Shown here: one piece after another, positions 44,270 to 57,670 of the stretch
Layout: each line of letters starts with the position of its first letter
How positions within the stretch are numbered: position 1 is the stretch's first letter
Origin: Eledone cirrhosa
Lineage: Eukaryota
Direction: 5' to 3'
Assembly: GCA_964016885.1 (NCBI GenBank)
Contig: OZ024748.1
Span: forward strand, 25,916,001-25,980,000
Length of the DNA stretch: 64,000 nt
The notes under the pieces: generated by a model
Databases searched by the model: none
What the model was told of the DNA's origin: nothing
Seen by the model: the letters and a program-made list of their open reading frames with translations, nothing else
Translations under genes and position numbers: made by a program

Positions 44270-44873
44270 CTAGCAGTGGTACCCGGCGTTGCACGGGATA
44301 AGGTATTTTGGAACGCGGGCCGCCAACAGACCTAATCGTGGAAAAACTGCATGCCTGGACAATATGTAAAGAAAATAAACCGAATACTCTGATGGCTGGA
44401 TAATCTTTAAGATTTTACTCAATGAAGTAGGAAAAATGCAGATTTTCACCTAATGCGGGCCCTAGGGGATCAAGAAAATGAATTTTTTTATGTGCATAAT
44501 ATGCCTTGAAATTTCGGGAAAATCGGTTAGACGTAACGCCTCAAAAAAGCCCTAAAAAGCTGAAAAAATGAAGTTTTTCACCTAATGCGAGCCCTTGGCC
44601 ATAAAAAAAGTTGGATTTTCTTTGTTCACGGTATGAAGAAGAGACTGACTAATACATAGTTACAATTTCAAGGAAATCGGTCTGACGTAACGCCTTAACC
44701 CCCCCCCCCCAAAAAAAAAACCTGAAAAAGCGCAGTTTTTCACCTAATGCGGGCCCTAGGGGATCAAAAAGTTGAATTTTTAATGTGCCTAACACTCACT
44801 GAAACATAAGTCATACACATGTAAAGTTTGAAAAAGGTCGGTTGGGTATTTCACGAGTTTTAGGGATTCAAAG

Positions 44874-44909
<36 letters not shown>

Positions 44910-45612
44910 CCTCAGAGAAGAGACGTAATGCAGACAGCCAGACATACAGACAGATATTATAAGGGCGCGACGTTATATGAATGTATCTATCTAAAAAGAG
45001 AAAGACTAAGAATTATAGAGAGAGATACCCCGCGTTGCACGGGATAAGGTATTTTGGAACGCGGGCCGCCAACAGACCTAATCGTGGAAAAACTGCATGC
45101 CTGGACAATATGTAAAGAAAATAAACCGAATACTCTGATGGCTGGATAATCTTTAAGATTTTCCTCGATGAAGTAGTAAAAATGCAGGTTTCCACCTAAT
45201 GCGGGCCCTAGGGGATCAAGAAAATGAATTTTTGTGTATGCATAATATGCCTTGAAATTTCGGGAAAATCGGCTAGACGTAACGCCTCCAAAAAGCCCTA
45301 AAAAGCTGAAAAAATGAAGTTTTTCACCTTATGCGAGCCCTAGGCCATAAAAAAGTTGGATTTTCTTTGCACACGATATGAAGAAGAGACTGACTAATAC
45401 ATAGTTACAATTTCAAGGAAATCGGTCTGACGTAACGCTTCAAAAAACCCCTAAAAAGCTGAAAAAAACGCAGTTTTTCACCTAATGTGGGCTTAAGGGG
45501 ATCAAAAAGTTCAACTTTTTGTGTGCATAACACTCCCTGAAACAAGTAATACACATGTAAAGTTTGAAAAGAAACGGTGGGGTACTTCTCGAGTTTTAGG
45601 GATTCAAACTCA

Positions 45613-45649
<37 letters not shown>

Positions 45650-45971
45650 ACACACACACACACAGACAGACATCCTCAGGGAAGTGACGTTATGCAGACA
45701 GCCAGACATACAGACAGATATTATAAGGGCGCGACGTTATATGTATGTATCTATCTAAAAAGAGAAAGACTAAGAATTATAGAGAGAGATTGCTAAATCG
45801 CTTAATGCAGTCCCTAGGGCATTGAAAATTGAATTTTCTTTTGCTCAGAACACTCCCTGAAACATAAGTATTATATGTGTAGAGTTTGAAAACAGTCGGT
45901 TTGGTGGTTCTCGAGTTTTAGGGATTCAAACTCACACACACAAACAGACATCCTCAGTTTATATATATAGA
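44270..45971 (-). mobile_element. Non-autonomous Helitron family A, partial tandem dimer
   Basis: CTAG at 44270; sequence restarts at ~45026 at the hairpin; single 5' TC at 45971. Confidence 0.8.
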
Positions 45972-47437
45972 TAACTGGTGAACACCCCCCCCCCGCTCCA
46001 TCTCACTTTTGACTCGCTATGCCTCTTCCCCAGGAGGTAGTGACTCTTTTGTGTCCTTGAGTTTCAGACCTACTGGTCTAAGTAGTCACTATCTGCTCCA
46101 CTTATCCCGAACCCACATTTTCTGGCGCGTTTGGATACAAATATTTAAGTGTCTGTGTGTACAATGTATGTCCAAACATTGATTTATAATAGACATGGGC
46201 AAACTTCGGCCCATTTGGCTTTCTGAATTGCATACGTAATTTCAATTTTTTTTATATTTTTTTTTTAGTATGATGAGTCACATCCTTTGCAGCCAAAAAG
46301 GTCGCCCATGACTGGCTTATAACAACAGAAACAAGGCCTCAGATTTGCGCGTTGAGGGAGTCTATTGTATTCCAGTTGACCGATTTTAATATTTCAATGT
46401 GTGAGCTCCTATGAGGTTGCTGGAACCGCTGGAAATAACAGCCAAATCTCCCTCAAACAACTTCCAATTATCTTTATAAATAGGACACATTAGATAAAGT
46501 AGTTCTAGCTGGAATACTTTTGATTTGACTTGGGGAAAAATTACAACAACAATAACAACAACGGATACTTATTTGATTTGATCAAATCCCAGAAGAGATG
46601 AAAAACATTGTTAACCTTGGTAGTATTTGAACTCAGGACGCAAAATAAACAATTAAATACCACAAGTAAATACTAACCAAGTATACTAACCAAGTCCGTC
46701 ACTCAACCAATTCTACTAAAAAAAGGAATTAGAAAAATTAACCGGATATATCAAGTCTTAAATTACTTCACACATAGACAGACGTACACACACACACATA
46801 TATACAGTCATAGACATACGCAGATACACAAATAGACAAACACAGAGATATAGTCGCGCATGCACACACATACAGATACACACGCACATAGACATATAAA
46901 TACACACATAGACATGTATACACATAAACACACCCACACATACTAATATAGTAAGCACACACACATACACAAATGTACACACGCACACATACGAATACAC
47001 ACAAACTCACATATGTGGATTATTCCACTATAATTATATATACATACACACACATACGTATATACGCAGGCACACACTCACGTATATAGAAATGTAAATA
47101 CATGTACACAGCTATAAACATCTCCAACACGCCATCAAAGTGAAGTGTTCCGACGCAAACGAACTACGTGACTAACACAACGTAGATAATAGGATTTCAG
47201 TTGATAGATAACAAGCTTGAAACTAGTACAGCGTTCCTTTGTCAGTGTTGAACAAACGAGCAACGGTGGTTGCTAGACACTACGGCTTAATACGGGATGT
47301 TTGTTTACAAACACACCGAGCATTATAATAAATGTTCGGTGAATCCATACGTGCATATATATATGTGTGCATGTATGTATATATATATATACATACTACT
47401 GTACGTCGGTATACATATATGTATGTACGTGTACATA

Positions 47438-47504
<67 letters not shown>

Positions 47505-47635
47505 GTGTGTGTGTATATATATATATGTTTTAGATCACAGCCGAAATCCGATCTCGCTAAAATTATATTTGTATATATATATATATATATACGCACACAC
47601 ACACACACACACACGCACACACACACACACACACA

Positions 47636-48004
47636 TCTATATATATAAAAGCAAGTCGGTCTGTGTGTTTGTGTGTCTGTCTGTGTACAAATACTAGGCT
47701 CCTTTTAACTTTTGAAGTACTAGGCCGATTTCAACCAAAGATGGAATAGACGGTGCGTCTATTCCATCTTTATCCCCTTACTCATACCTACTCCAGCAAG
47801 GCCGGACCTGAAATCAATTAACTCAAGCTACCCCATGAATTGTTTTTATGTTGCCGTTTATTTCACTCAATCATGACACTGTACACCCATTTTGTTAAAC
47901 TTCTTTTACAATTACATTTCAATTCTTTGCTCAAACTTTGGCTCTCTTTATACAGACAAACAGGCTGTCATTTATTTCCCGAGCAACGCCGGGTACATCT
48001 GGTA

Positions 48005-48005
<1 letters not shown>
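47636..48005 (+). mobile_element. Short non-autonomous Helitron family C
   Basis: A|TCTATATATATAAAAGCAAGTC start; CCCGAGCAACGCCGGG hairpin near the 3' end. Confidence 0.75.
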
Positions 48006-48043
<38 letters not shown>

Positions 48044-48112
48044 TATATAGATATATGTGTACATATATATATATATATACACAGGCATATATATATGTAT
48101 GTATATATGCAT

Positions 48113-48152
<40 letters not shown>

Positions 48153-48534
48153 GTGTGTGTGTATATATATATATATACAGGCATATATAAATATATACAT
48201 ACATATAGATATGCGTGTAAATATATATATGCGTATATAGATATATGTGTGTGTGTATATATATATATGTATATGCTGACCAGGACAACCATGTTGCTTG
48301 TTTATTTCCTTTCTTTGGTTTGTTTTTATGCTTCTATGTATGTTGTTCACTTGTCCCCCTCGCTTTACGCGATTTACTGGTCCCAATAACTATTTTTAGC
48401 TTATTGCTCGCACCAACCTGAGGTATCTGATTTTTAATGCGATGAAATACCAATGATGGTTGGAAAATCACTGACGAAGGACTATTTTTATCATATGTAA
48501 CTCGTGTGCAAACCACGCAGTATTCTTTCTTCTC

Positions 48535-48620
<86 letters not shown>

Positions 48621-48621
<1 letters not shown>

Positions 48622-48852
48622 TAGTAGATGTACCCGGCGTTGCTCGGGAAATGAATGAAAGCCTGAATTGTTCAAGATCGTTTATGGCTTAGCTAGCAAT
48701 TTCTGAGTGCATGTCAGCTAATTGGCTAGCCAATGAGATGTCGCCTCAATAGCACGTGCCAAATCGGCCTAGTACTTCAAAAGTTAAAAGGAGCCTCGTA
48801 TTTGTACACAGACAGACACACAGACAGACTGACTTGCTTTTATATATATAGA
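48621..48852 (-). mobile_element. Short non-autonomous Helitron family C, second copy
   Basis: Shares ~95 bp 5' end and ~45 bp 3' end with 47636-48005; the middle differs. CTAG|T end in (TA)n. Confidence 0.8.
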
Positions 48853-48866
48853 TATATATATGTGTA

Positions 48867-48901
<35 letters not shown>

Positions 48902-48904
48902 GTA

Positions 48905-48937
<33 letters not shown>

Positions 48938-48939
48938 GC

Positions 48940-49034
<95 letters not shown>

Positions 49035-49035
<1 letters not shown>

Positions 49036-49395
49036 CAGATAGGGTGTGGTAAAAATCAGGTAGACCATAACCTACTCGATACTTGGGGTAGTAGAGTGGG
49101 TAATATGAAAAGATTCTTGTTTTTGTGTGACACACAAAAACAAGATGGCGTAGGACAGAACAAAGGAGAGGCACAAAAAACAAAGAAAAGAATCCCCAGT
49201 CACTGAAGAGGTCACAGAATGTGTGACGAAAGAACTTTGACAATATATAAACAACCACCTGGTTGTGGAACCAACCAACCAACCGGAAATTTATAAATTC
49301 CTAAATTTATAAATTTATTATAATAAATTGAAGTGAAAGCAACTGGTGCGTGTGTTTCTTATTGGCAACATGACCCTCCCAAAATATAACAATAT
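49035..49395 (+). mobile_element. Solo diverged pLTR of the 37-39 kb PLE family
   Basis: Colinear with ~39175-39443, including the hammerhead and the CATGACCCTCCCAAA end. Confidence 0.85.
49199..49241 (+). ncRNA. Minimal hammerhead motif in the solo pLTR
   Basis: GUCA-CUGAAGA-G-GUCACA(gaaug)UGUGAC-GAAA-GAAC-UU-UGAC. Confidence 0.75.
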
Positions 49396-49414
49396 ATATA
49401 TATATATATATATA

Positions 49415-50307
49415 CAGGGTGTTCGGGATAAATTTGACAGTTTCATCAGGAAAAAGAAAAAGTGCTTGGTATCTACAAAATTTATTTGGTTTAAAAGAAA
49501 TTCAATGGACAAGGAAATTACACTATTGTCAAAGAGTATTACTCAAAATAACCTCCATTAGCATCTATTACAGCCTCAATCCGGGCCCTGAACCTGGAGC
49601 AAGCTGATTTTACACTTTGCCTGGGAAGGCCCTCAAAAACTACTTTAATTCTGTCGATTAACTGGGCTTTTGTAGTACTGGCACGGCGATTGGTGTCTTT
49701 CTCTACAGCGCCCCATACATAATAGTCCATCGGGTTAAGATCAGGGGAGTTCGGAGGCCAAACATTGGGACTGGTGTAGTCGTAAAAATTGGCTGACAAC
49801 CATTTTTGACTTTTCCCCGAGGTGTGGCAGGGGGCCGAATCCAGCTGCCATACATACGGCCTATTATTGGCTCCCTTGTTATCCAGGGCTTCAATTCATG
49901 CGACAAAGACCGAATTCCGATGCCAGGGTCCTCCAACACTTTTTTCTGCAGATTTTCGAGGAATTCTGCTGTGCGAGAGCAATCAGATCTTCTGTTATGT
50001 TTCTTTCTTCTAGCCACAGCCTCGTAGTCTCCATTGCAATTCTCCAGTTCATGCCAGATTGTTTTTACAGTGTTCAGGGAGCATTGAGCAGCGACCATAA
50101 TCTCCTTATTTTGATGGCCGGCGCGAATCATCATGATACAAGTTATTCTCTTCCATGATCCAGGTGGCTCCCAGTCATCCATTCTCGTTGTCATCACATA
50201 TATGAATGAAGGAGGGTTTAAACTTTCAAATAAAGCCTAGTGGGCATGAATGAATTTAAAACATCTGAAAAAACAACCAAATATTCAAATTTATCCCGAA
50301 CACCCTG
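49415..50307 (-). mobile_element. Tc1/mariner (maT/DD37D-like) DNA transposon, internally deleted
   Basis: Perfect 23-bp TIRs CAGGGTGTTCGGGATAAATTTGA flanked by TA. Transposase pieces: HTH region and WPPNSPDLNPMDYYVWG. Confidence 0.9.
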
Positions 50308-51463
50308 TATATATATATATATGTGGAGTCTTTTTTTTTAAAATGCGTTTTAATTTTTTTTATTTTTATTCGGGTAAATTTAGTGTTGTAATCTTTATGC
50401 CTACGACTGCCGAATTTAAGCATAAATTAAGCAAGCTTTCGTTTTAAGTAGACAGCAATCGTCGTACACAATGAAATAAAGATAAGCGACACTGCTACGA
50501 ATGATTTATTAGCAAAAGTTAAGGCAAATACCGCAACAACATGCATATACACCACTTTATCTCTTTTCCACGTATCTGCAGGAATGTTGTATGTGTAAAT
50601 TCGCATATGATTTATTAATAAAAGGAAAAGTTTAAAAATGGATTATCTTAAAGAAAATATTTGTAATTGACTTAAATGTAAATTAAACGAAATTTTTTTT
50701 ATCGAAGATTGCCGTCTATTTAAAGAACACCAGCTAAACCTATGTCTCCATAAGCCGCAGGGGCCTCAAAGAAGTTTACGCATGTTTTCAGTTTTTGTGA
50801 AGCCTTCTGATGTAATATTTTAGTACGGGTTAAATATATAAAGCTTTATTTAACTTTGGGCCTCACCATCCCTGAATCTGACCCTTATGCCTTTGGTTTA
50901 TTATATTATACAAGACACAGATATATACAAGAACATGATATGTTTTTTTTTATCAAATATATCAAAAAGTTTGTCTTCGCAACCCACAGGCTGGAAATCA
51001 CTGGGTTAGAGTGGATCGGGACATCTTTCTTTTCTTGTGGACAATGGTCCCCCGCACTGCTGATTTCCTCTGTAAAATCAGAGATACGACGGCTCGCTTG
51101 AAGAGGGAGCCCCGTGATGTATTGTGGCTGTTGCAGCGGGTGTCTATCCATTTTCTGCGGTAACATGTTTGTCATTTTGTCCGCGGGGCGCGGCTGAGGC
51201 ACCCTCAGACTTGGGCGTTGCTTAATTCTTTTTTCATTTCCTTTTTTTATTCCTGTTCTTTTCCGTTTAAGAATGTGTTTTGTTTTTATTAGATAATGTA
51301 AGATTATATTTATGTAATTATATCCTAGAAATGAAAATTAATTATTGATTGTCACGAAGATTTGGTTACTTTGTAGGTCAGTAATTATGATCTCTCTCTC
51401 TCTCTCTCTTTTTTTTTTTAAACTCACTCTTTTTCTCTAACTCACCCTCTTTCTCGCCTATAT

Positions 51464-51524
<61 letters not shown>

Positions 51525-51551
51525 TACTGTATATATATATTTATATATATA

Positions 51552-51619
51552 TATAAACGTTTGTATTTGTAAAGCCAAAACAGTGCATTGTTTTGGCTTT
51601 ACAAATACAAACGTTTATA
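51552..51619. repeat. 31-bp-arm perfect hairpin inside (TA)n
   Basis: TATAAACGTTTGTATTTGTAAAGCCAAAACA-gtgcat-reverse complement. Confidence 0.95.
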
Positions 51620-51699
51620 CCTCATTACACAATGCTTCAAGTGAACTATAACTTCCTGATATATATATATATATATACATACATATATATATATATGTG

Positions 51700-51747
<48 letters not shown>

Positions 51748-51974
51748 TAACAGATTAAAGTTTAAGCAAAGAATAGCTGCTTTCACCCTTAACGGGATCT
51801 TCTGAAACTAACCTATTACTATTATTATTCAAATCCCGCCGAGGTTGACTTTGCCTTTCATCCTTACGGGGTCGATAAAATAAAGTACCAGTAATGCACT
51901 GGTAAATTGCTGGCCTTGTGCCTAAAGTAGAAACAATTATTATTATTATTATTACTATATATTACTATTATTAT

Positions 51975-52054
<80 letters not shown>

Positions 52055-52071
52055 CTTGTATATATATATAT

Positions 52072-52546
52072 ATACTTGGAGAGGGTCATATTTGTGTAAT
52101 AATATTGCCAGAATTAATAACAGAACACACTCACTGTTTGGTTGGTTTTCGCTTCTGTATCTTTTATATCAGTTAATTTAATTTATTCGGTCCTGAAAAG
52201 ATGGCGTAGAAATACAATACAACAGGAGGAAACATAACAGCACCTCTGACGATGTTGCAGATGTGCAAGGAAAGAACTTTGTTAGACTATTATATATATA
52301 TGTGTTTGTGTCTATATTATATATGTATTTTTGACCGACTAACATTCTAAAGTAACATTGAGGACAGAATAAATTAAATTAACTGATATAAAAGATGCAG
52401 AAGCGAAAACCAATCAAACAATGAGTGTGTTCTGTTATTAATTCTGACAATATTATTACACAAATATGACCCTCTCCAAGTATAACAATATTTGTTTCGA
52501 CACACGATTTCATATCAAAAACCTCGCAAAACTAATTCATCGCCGG
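52072..52546 (+). mobile_element. PLE-derived fold-back element, same family as 3471-3950
   Basis: Arms ~52072-52192 and ~52363-52484. Tail homologous to 39440-39500. Decayed CTGACGA...GAAAGAACTT core at ~52246-52280. Confidence 0.75.
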
Positions 52547-52660
52547 TATATATATAATCCCGCCGAGGTTGACTTTGCCTTTCATCCTTACGGGGGCGAT
52601 AAAACAAAGTACCAGTAATGCACTGGGTAATTGCTGGCCTTGTGCCTAAAGTAGAAACAG

Positions 52661-52737
<77 letters not shown>

Positions 52738-53196
52738 GTTTTTCGCTGTTTTGCTTTAAATCTAGCGATAATATGACGCCTTTTGACAATATGTATAGAT
52801 TGTCTCCATCAGCCAAAAACTGCACCCAACATAAAATATATCGTATTTGGTACTAAATTCTTTTTATGTGGAAATCAAGTGTAGTGATATATATTTTGTG
52901 TCTGCGTCACAATGACCAAATGGAAAAAGCAGAAACTGGTAAACAAGCAATGTTTAACATAGAATACCATAAATGTTCTTCAATAAAATATATATTCTTT
53001 CGCTCTATTAATTTAGACAAGTGAAAACATTTACCCTCTTAAAGCCGTGCACCTAGATAAAACTTTCATTTGTTTTTGTTTTTGTTTTTTTACCAAAAGA
53101 AGGAATCCCCACCCCTTCTCTCTCTCTCTCTCTCTCACACACGCTCCCTTCACCATCTCTTTTTTTCTGGTAAAACATCGATTCGTTTTGTATGTA

Positions 53197-54146
53197 CGAA
53201 GTACACTCAAAAGGTTTTGTGACTTTTATCAGAGACATTTATTTAACTCAGATCAACACAAAACTCTAGTCTCCCTCAAAGTAGGATCATCCAACTTCAA
53301 TGTACTTGTAGCGCTCTAACCACTTGTGGAAGGTCCTCTTGTAGTCTTCCAAAGTGAAGGTGTCCAGCGCGCTTGTCACAGCCACCTTCATTTCCTCCAC
53401 ATCCTCTTCAGGAACATCTAGAAGTTGTATGGGGCTAAGTTTGAACTATAAGGAGGATGAGGGACAGTCTTGATCCACGTATCGACTAAGTAGTTGGTCA
53501 CGAGGATGGGTTTATGACAGGGGGCATTGTCCTGGTGCAGGTGCCACTGACCAGACTTGAAGAGTTCTGGCCTTTTGCGACGAAATCTTTTTCTGAACTG
53601 CCCCAAAACCTCTACAAAGTACTCTTTGTTGACTGTTTGGCCGTTGGGGGCGCAGTGGATGTAAATAATGCCATTGCTGTCGAAGAATGGGATCATCATG
53701 AGCTTCTCAGTGGACTTGTTTTGCTTGGCCTTCTTGGGTCTTGGGGAGTCAGAATGTTTCTACTCGGCACTCTGTCTCTTGGTCTCTGGATCGTAACAGT
53801 AGATCCAGCTCTCATCACAGGTCACCAGAGACTCAAGGATACTTGGATTCAAAGTGATCCACTTGACCATCTCCCTGCTGGCATCACTGTGCCTCTACAT
53901 TTGATCTTCATTGAGAACCCAGGGAATATAAACTTTGCACATGTTCAGATCTTCATGAATGACTCTGTGCACAGTGCCCTCAACCACTTCAAATTGTCTA
54001 ACAACCATCAAAAGAGATGCACGACGGCCCTCGTCTAGAAATTTGCGACTTTTGTCGATTAACTTTGGCGTACTGATATCCCCCTAGTCGTAGATTAATT
54101 AAAAGTGCTTGGAAAGAAAACAATCTCAAAACTTCTTGAGTGTATG
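53197..54146 (-). mobile_element. Mariner (DD34D) transposon relic
   Basis: TCDESWIYCYDPETKRQS, FFDSNGII, WHLHQDNAPCH, HPPYSSNLAP. Degenerate TIRs (TACACTCAA.A.GTTTTG.GA). Confidence 0.85.
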
Positions 54147-54385
54147 TATGTATGCCCGCATACATGTATGCATGTATGCACGCATGCATGTGTGTGTGTA
54201 TGTATTTAATGTATGCATGTATGTATATATGTTTGTATGTATGTATATATGTACTTGTAATTCCTTTTGGGAGTTGTAGAGGCACTTAAAACCTAGAGGA
54301 GCCCATCGCCTCTGCAGTTCTGAACAGAGCTGATTTCTTCCAAAGGAGAGAGAGAGAGAGAGAGAGAGGTTAATAAAGATAGATA

Positions 54386-57300
54386 AGTTTCTTTTATTTG
54401 CCACTAGGGCATCAAAAGTGGGACAAGTACAAAGGGGGGAGTTTACACAAAAAGGCGTCCTCAATAAGGAGGAGGCAATAACAAAATATAAAAATAAAAT
54501 AAGATATAACAAAAAATAAAATTTTTAACAAAATCCTCAATAGAGAGGAGGCGCCTTGGGGGGTCGCACACACCCCCGAAAAAAGTGTGCAACCCTTTTC
54601 CTCAGGAGCACAGAGAGGGGGTGCTCCCTCGTTCCTTCCTCTTTTCCACCTACAGGCTTATGTAAAGAGAAGGCCCATTCACACGGGCCATTCTCGCCAC
54701 TTTCACCCACCTTTCATAAAAACGACTGGGGTGCAGCACCTCTCTCTCCATCCTGATCCTTCTTCCGAAATGATATCGGAAGAAACGGACCAGTTGTTGG
54801 CCAGAGAGAAAGGTGCCTGACCTCAGTCCTTTCAGACGCGTCCACCATACAACCTCTTTCGCCATGGCTATTACGCACAGAAACACCGCCTCTGCTTCAT
54901 CTTTGAAGGGGGGAGGCGGCTTGATCATTACAATAGACTCGGTGGTCAACCGGATCGGTCCCACCCTTGACAGCAGTTGTTCGACATAGCCCCACAGATC
55001 GGCTACGCCCGAGCAGTGTACCAATGCGTGTGCAACGGTTTCCTCGTCGCACACGCATCTGGGACAGATCTTTTTGGCGGGGTCCCTACCCGGGCGCCCG
55101 TGTCTGTAGAGCCTTTCTCGAACGGGTAAAGCCCCTCGGTAGCACTGCCAGGCCAGGGACTTCTGGAAGTTGTCCATAGGTCCCGGGCTGAATGTCCTAC
55201 CGAACAGGCTGGCCAGTTCGTCCTCCTCCATGTCTAGAGCTTCTCCGAGGGCGTCGTCGCACCTGCTGCGTACCAGCCCTCTATAGAATGTTGCGGTGGA
55301 GTCTCCACTGATAACCGGATCCGCCTGCCAGAGGGCGGTGAGCGCCTGGGCACACTCAGTGTGCCAGGCGCCCAGTTTTCTCGGTCTTTGCTTGACCCAG
55401 GATTGCAGCTCGGTGAGTGAGACGAGTCTGGGAAAGGTTCGTCTCACAAACGAGGCCCACACCGGTTGTCCGGTGAGGAATACGTAGAGGTGCCGTAGCC
55501 TTAATGCGTGTTTACGCATCATTAGCCACGGCATCCCCAGCCCTCCTTTCGAAGGGTGTTGACAGCAGATGGATCTCCTCACCATAGGAGCCCGCCCCTT
55601 CCAAAGGAATTGGAAGAGCGCGCGCTCCATCTTGGTGAGGGTTTCCCTTGGGCAGGGCACTACGGTCAGGCGGTAGTAGATGACGGACGCTATATAAGTG
55701 TTCGCCACCTCCGCCCGACCTTTCAGGGATAGTTTGCAACTGGCCCACTTCTGGGTCAGTGCAAACACCCTGTTCGTAACCTCCGCCCAGTTTTTCTCCA
55801 CCTGGAGGTCCGGTCCGAACCAGACCCCGAGTAACTTCACCGGGCCCTCCGTCCAGCGTCCGACGACGCCATCGGAGGGCATCGGTCTGCCCCTCCACGT
55901 GCCGAGTTGCAAACCGATCGACTTGTCCCGGTTCAGCTTAGCCCCTGTGAACTTTTCGTACTCCTCCAGTAAGGTGCCGACCGCCTCGATTTCGGAGGCC
56001 GTCGACACCATTACTGTCACATCATCGGCGTAGGCTGACACCGCTTTCCGCAATCCCGGTTCCAAAGGGATGCCCTGCAACAACTCCAACTTCCGCAGTA
56101 GTGGCTCGAGAGTCAACACATACAGAAGGGAGGAGAGAGGGCACCCTTGTCGGATGGACCGCGCGATTTTGAACGGCTCCGAGAGGTAGCCGTTCACCTT
56201 GACCCTAGAGCAGATGCGGCTGCTGTGCATAGCAGTGATCCAGCCCCTGAAAACGGGTCCGAAGCCTGCCGCCGCTAGCACCGCAGCCAGGTAACCATGG
56301 TCGACCCTATCGAACGCCTTAGATTGATCCAAGTTGATCAGAGCCCCACCAAAGCCGGGTTCGTTCCCAACCCTCTCTATGATGTATCGCATGAGGTGGA
56401 GGTTGTCATGGATGGACCTGGACGGGATAGCGCATGTCTGCGCATCTCCCACCAGGTTGCCCACGACAAGCGCCAACCTCTTTGCTAGCACCTTGGCCAA
56501 AATCTGTAACTCTGTATTTAGCAGAGTTATGGGCCTGAAGTTACTTATTTCGTCCCCCTTGTTCTCGTCCTTCCTCACTAGCGTGACTACGCCCTTGGTC
56601 ACAGTACAGGGAATTCTCCCGTTCTGTTGCCAGTTGCAGTAGACCGCCTCGAGGAGATCGGGGAACAAGTCCGGCATAGCTAGATATAATTCGTAAGGAA
56701 GACCATCGAGACCCGGGGATTTGCGTTTGCCGCATTGGCCCAGCACGTCCTCTATCTCAGCGGCCGAAATCGGCTCCTCGCAAGACTTCGCCTCCCTGTC
56801 CGAGAGGCGCGGCAGGCCGTCGAGGTATGGACCGAAGTCCACGTTTCCAACCGGCTCCCCGCCCCTCCCGAACAGTCGGGCAAAGTGCCTTTGAAAGGCC
56901 TCACACATCTGCTTAGGCTCAAGAATCGCCCGTCCATCCAGGTCTCGCAAAGACCGGATGGTGGATTTAGTTCCACTGTTGGCCTCTGTCACGCGGGCCC
57001 AGCTAACAGCTTTGGCCCCCTCGTTCCCTAGAGCACGTATTTTACTTCGGACAACGCAGCCTTCGTGCTTCGCGTCGAAAAACTGGCTCAAAGCCGTTCT
57101 CGACGCTAGCACTCTGGCCACGTCGCCGCTTCTAATTGCCTCTTCTACTCTATCTATTAGCTCCCTTTCCTTCCTATTCCTATCCGCAGCTAGAACCTTA
57201 CTAAATTCAATGGAGACTACTCTAATCTCTCTCTTTAGAGATACCCACCACCTGCTGTTGACGATCGCTCCAGTCAACCGTTCCTTAACTAACGTACTAA

Positions 57301-57670
57301 TCCGATTCCTGTAGGCTCTACTTGCCGGCAAGGACAAGTTGAGCTTCCAGTAACCGGGGCCCTGTCTATGCGTTCTATCAAGGTTGACCATGCAGGTCAC
57401 CAACTTGTGGTCTGAATAGCCAACCATGAGCATTTCTGGACAACTTAAAAAGTCCCTGTCCTTATTTCTAACTAAAAATCTGTCTAGGTACGATCTAGAT
57501 GATCCGCTGCGATTTGACCAAGACCAGGTTGGCACCGTCGGAAAATCTAGTCGAAATCTATCGGCCAGGTCAAATCGGCCGAGTAACCCCTTGAGGCTGT
57601 TGCACCCATCTCTATCGGGACATGCCCCTGCATAGTCCCAACGTGCATCCAGGATACCATTCCAATCCCC
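54386..57670 (-). mobile_element. Tx1/L1-clade LINE, 5'-truncated, young
   Basis: 15-bp direct repeat TAATAAAGATAGATA at 54371-54385 and 57671-57685. AATAAA near the 3' end. GC-rich and CpG-rich. Confidence 0.92.
54650..57670 (-). CDS. Tx1 ORF2 (partial APE endonuclease + RT + C-terminal zinc knuckle), uninterrupted
   Basis: GDWN, YLDRFL, SDH, GPGYWKLN, KSPGLDGLPYE, FRPITLLN, DQSKAFDRVDH, RQGCPLS, AYADD, CPRC..DEETVAHALVHC. Frame is open to the truncation point. Confidence 0.92.
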   Translation of the reverse strand, partial: GDWNGILDARWDYAGACPDRDGCNSLKGLLGRFDLADRFRLDFPTVPTWSWSNRSGSSRSYLDRFLVRNKDRDFLSCPEMLMVGYSDHKLVTCMVNLDRTHRQGPGYWKLNLSLPASRAYRNRISTLVKERLTGAIVNSRWWVSLKREIRVVSIEFSKVLAADRNRKERELIDRVEEAIRSGDVARVLASRTALSQFFDAKHEGCVVRSKIRALGNEGAKAVSWARVTEANSGTKSTIRSLRDLDGRAILEPKQMCEAFQRHFARLFGRGGEPVGNVDFGPYLDGLPRLSDREAKSCEEPISAAEIEDVLGQCGKRKSPGLDGLPYELYLAMPDLFPDLLEAVYCNWQQNGRIPCTVTKGVVTLVRKDENKGDEISNFRPITLLNTELQILAKVLAKRLALVVGNLVGDAQTCAIPSRSIHDNLHLMRYIIERVGNEPGFGGALINLDQSKAFDRVDHGYLAAVLAAAGFGPVFRGWITAMHSSRICSRVKVNGYLSEPFKIARSIRQGCPLSSLLYVLTLEPLLRKLELLQGIPLEPGLRKAVSAYADDVTVMVSTASEIEAVGTLLEEYEKFTGAKLNRDKSIGLQLGTWRGRPMPSDGVVGRWTEGPVKLLGVWFGPDLQVEKNWAEVTNRVFALTQKWASCKLSLKGRAEVANTYIASVIYYRLTVVPCPRETLTKMERALFQFLWKGRAPMVRRSICCQHPSKGGLGMPWLMMRKHALRLRHLYVFLTGQPVWASFVRRTFPRLVSLTELQSWVKQRPRKLGAWHTECAQALTALWQADPVISGDSTATFYRGLVRSRCDDALGEALDMEEDELASLFGRTFSPGPMDNFQKSLAWQCYRGALPVRERLYRHGRPGRDPAKKICPRCVCDEETVAHALVHCSGVADLWGYVEQLLSRVGPIRLTTESIVMIKPPPPFKDEAEAVFLCVIAMAKEVVWWTRLKGLRSGTFLSGQQLVRFFRYHFGRRIRMEREVLHPSRFYERWVKVARMARVNGPSLYISL

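Noticed and set aside
50850-51230. GC-richer block with short ORFs
   Set aside because: No convincing protein motif; probably an unidentifiable TE remnant.
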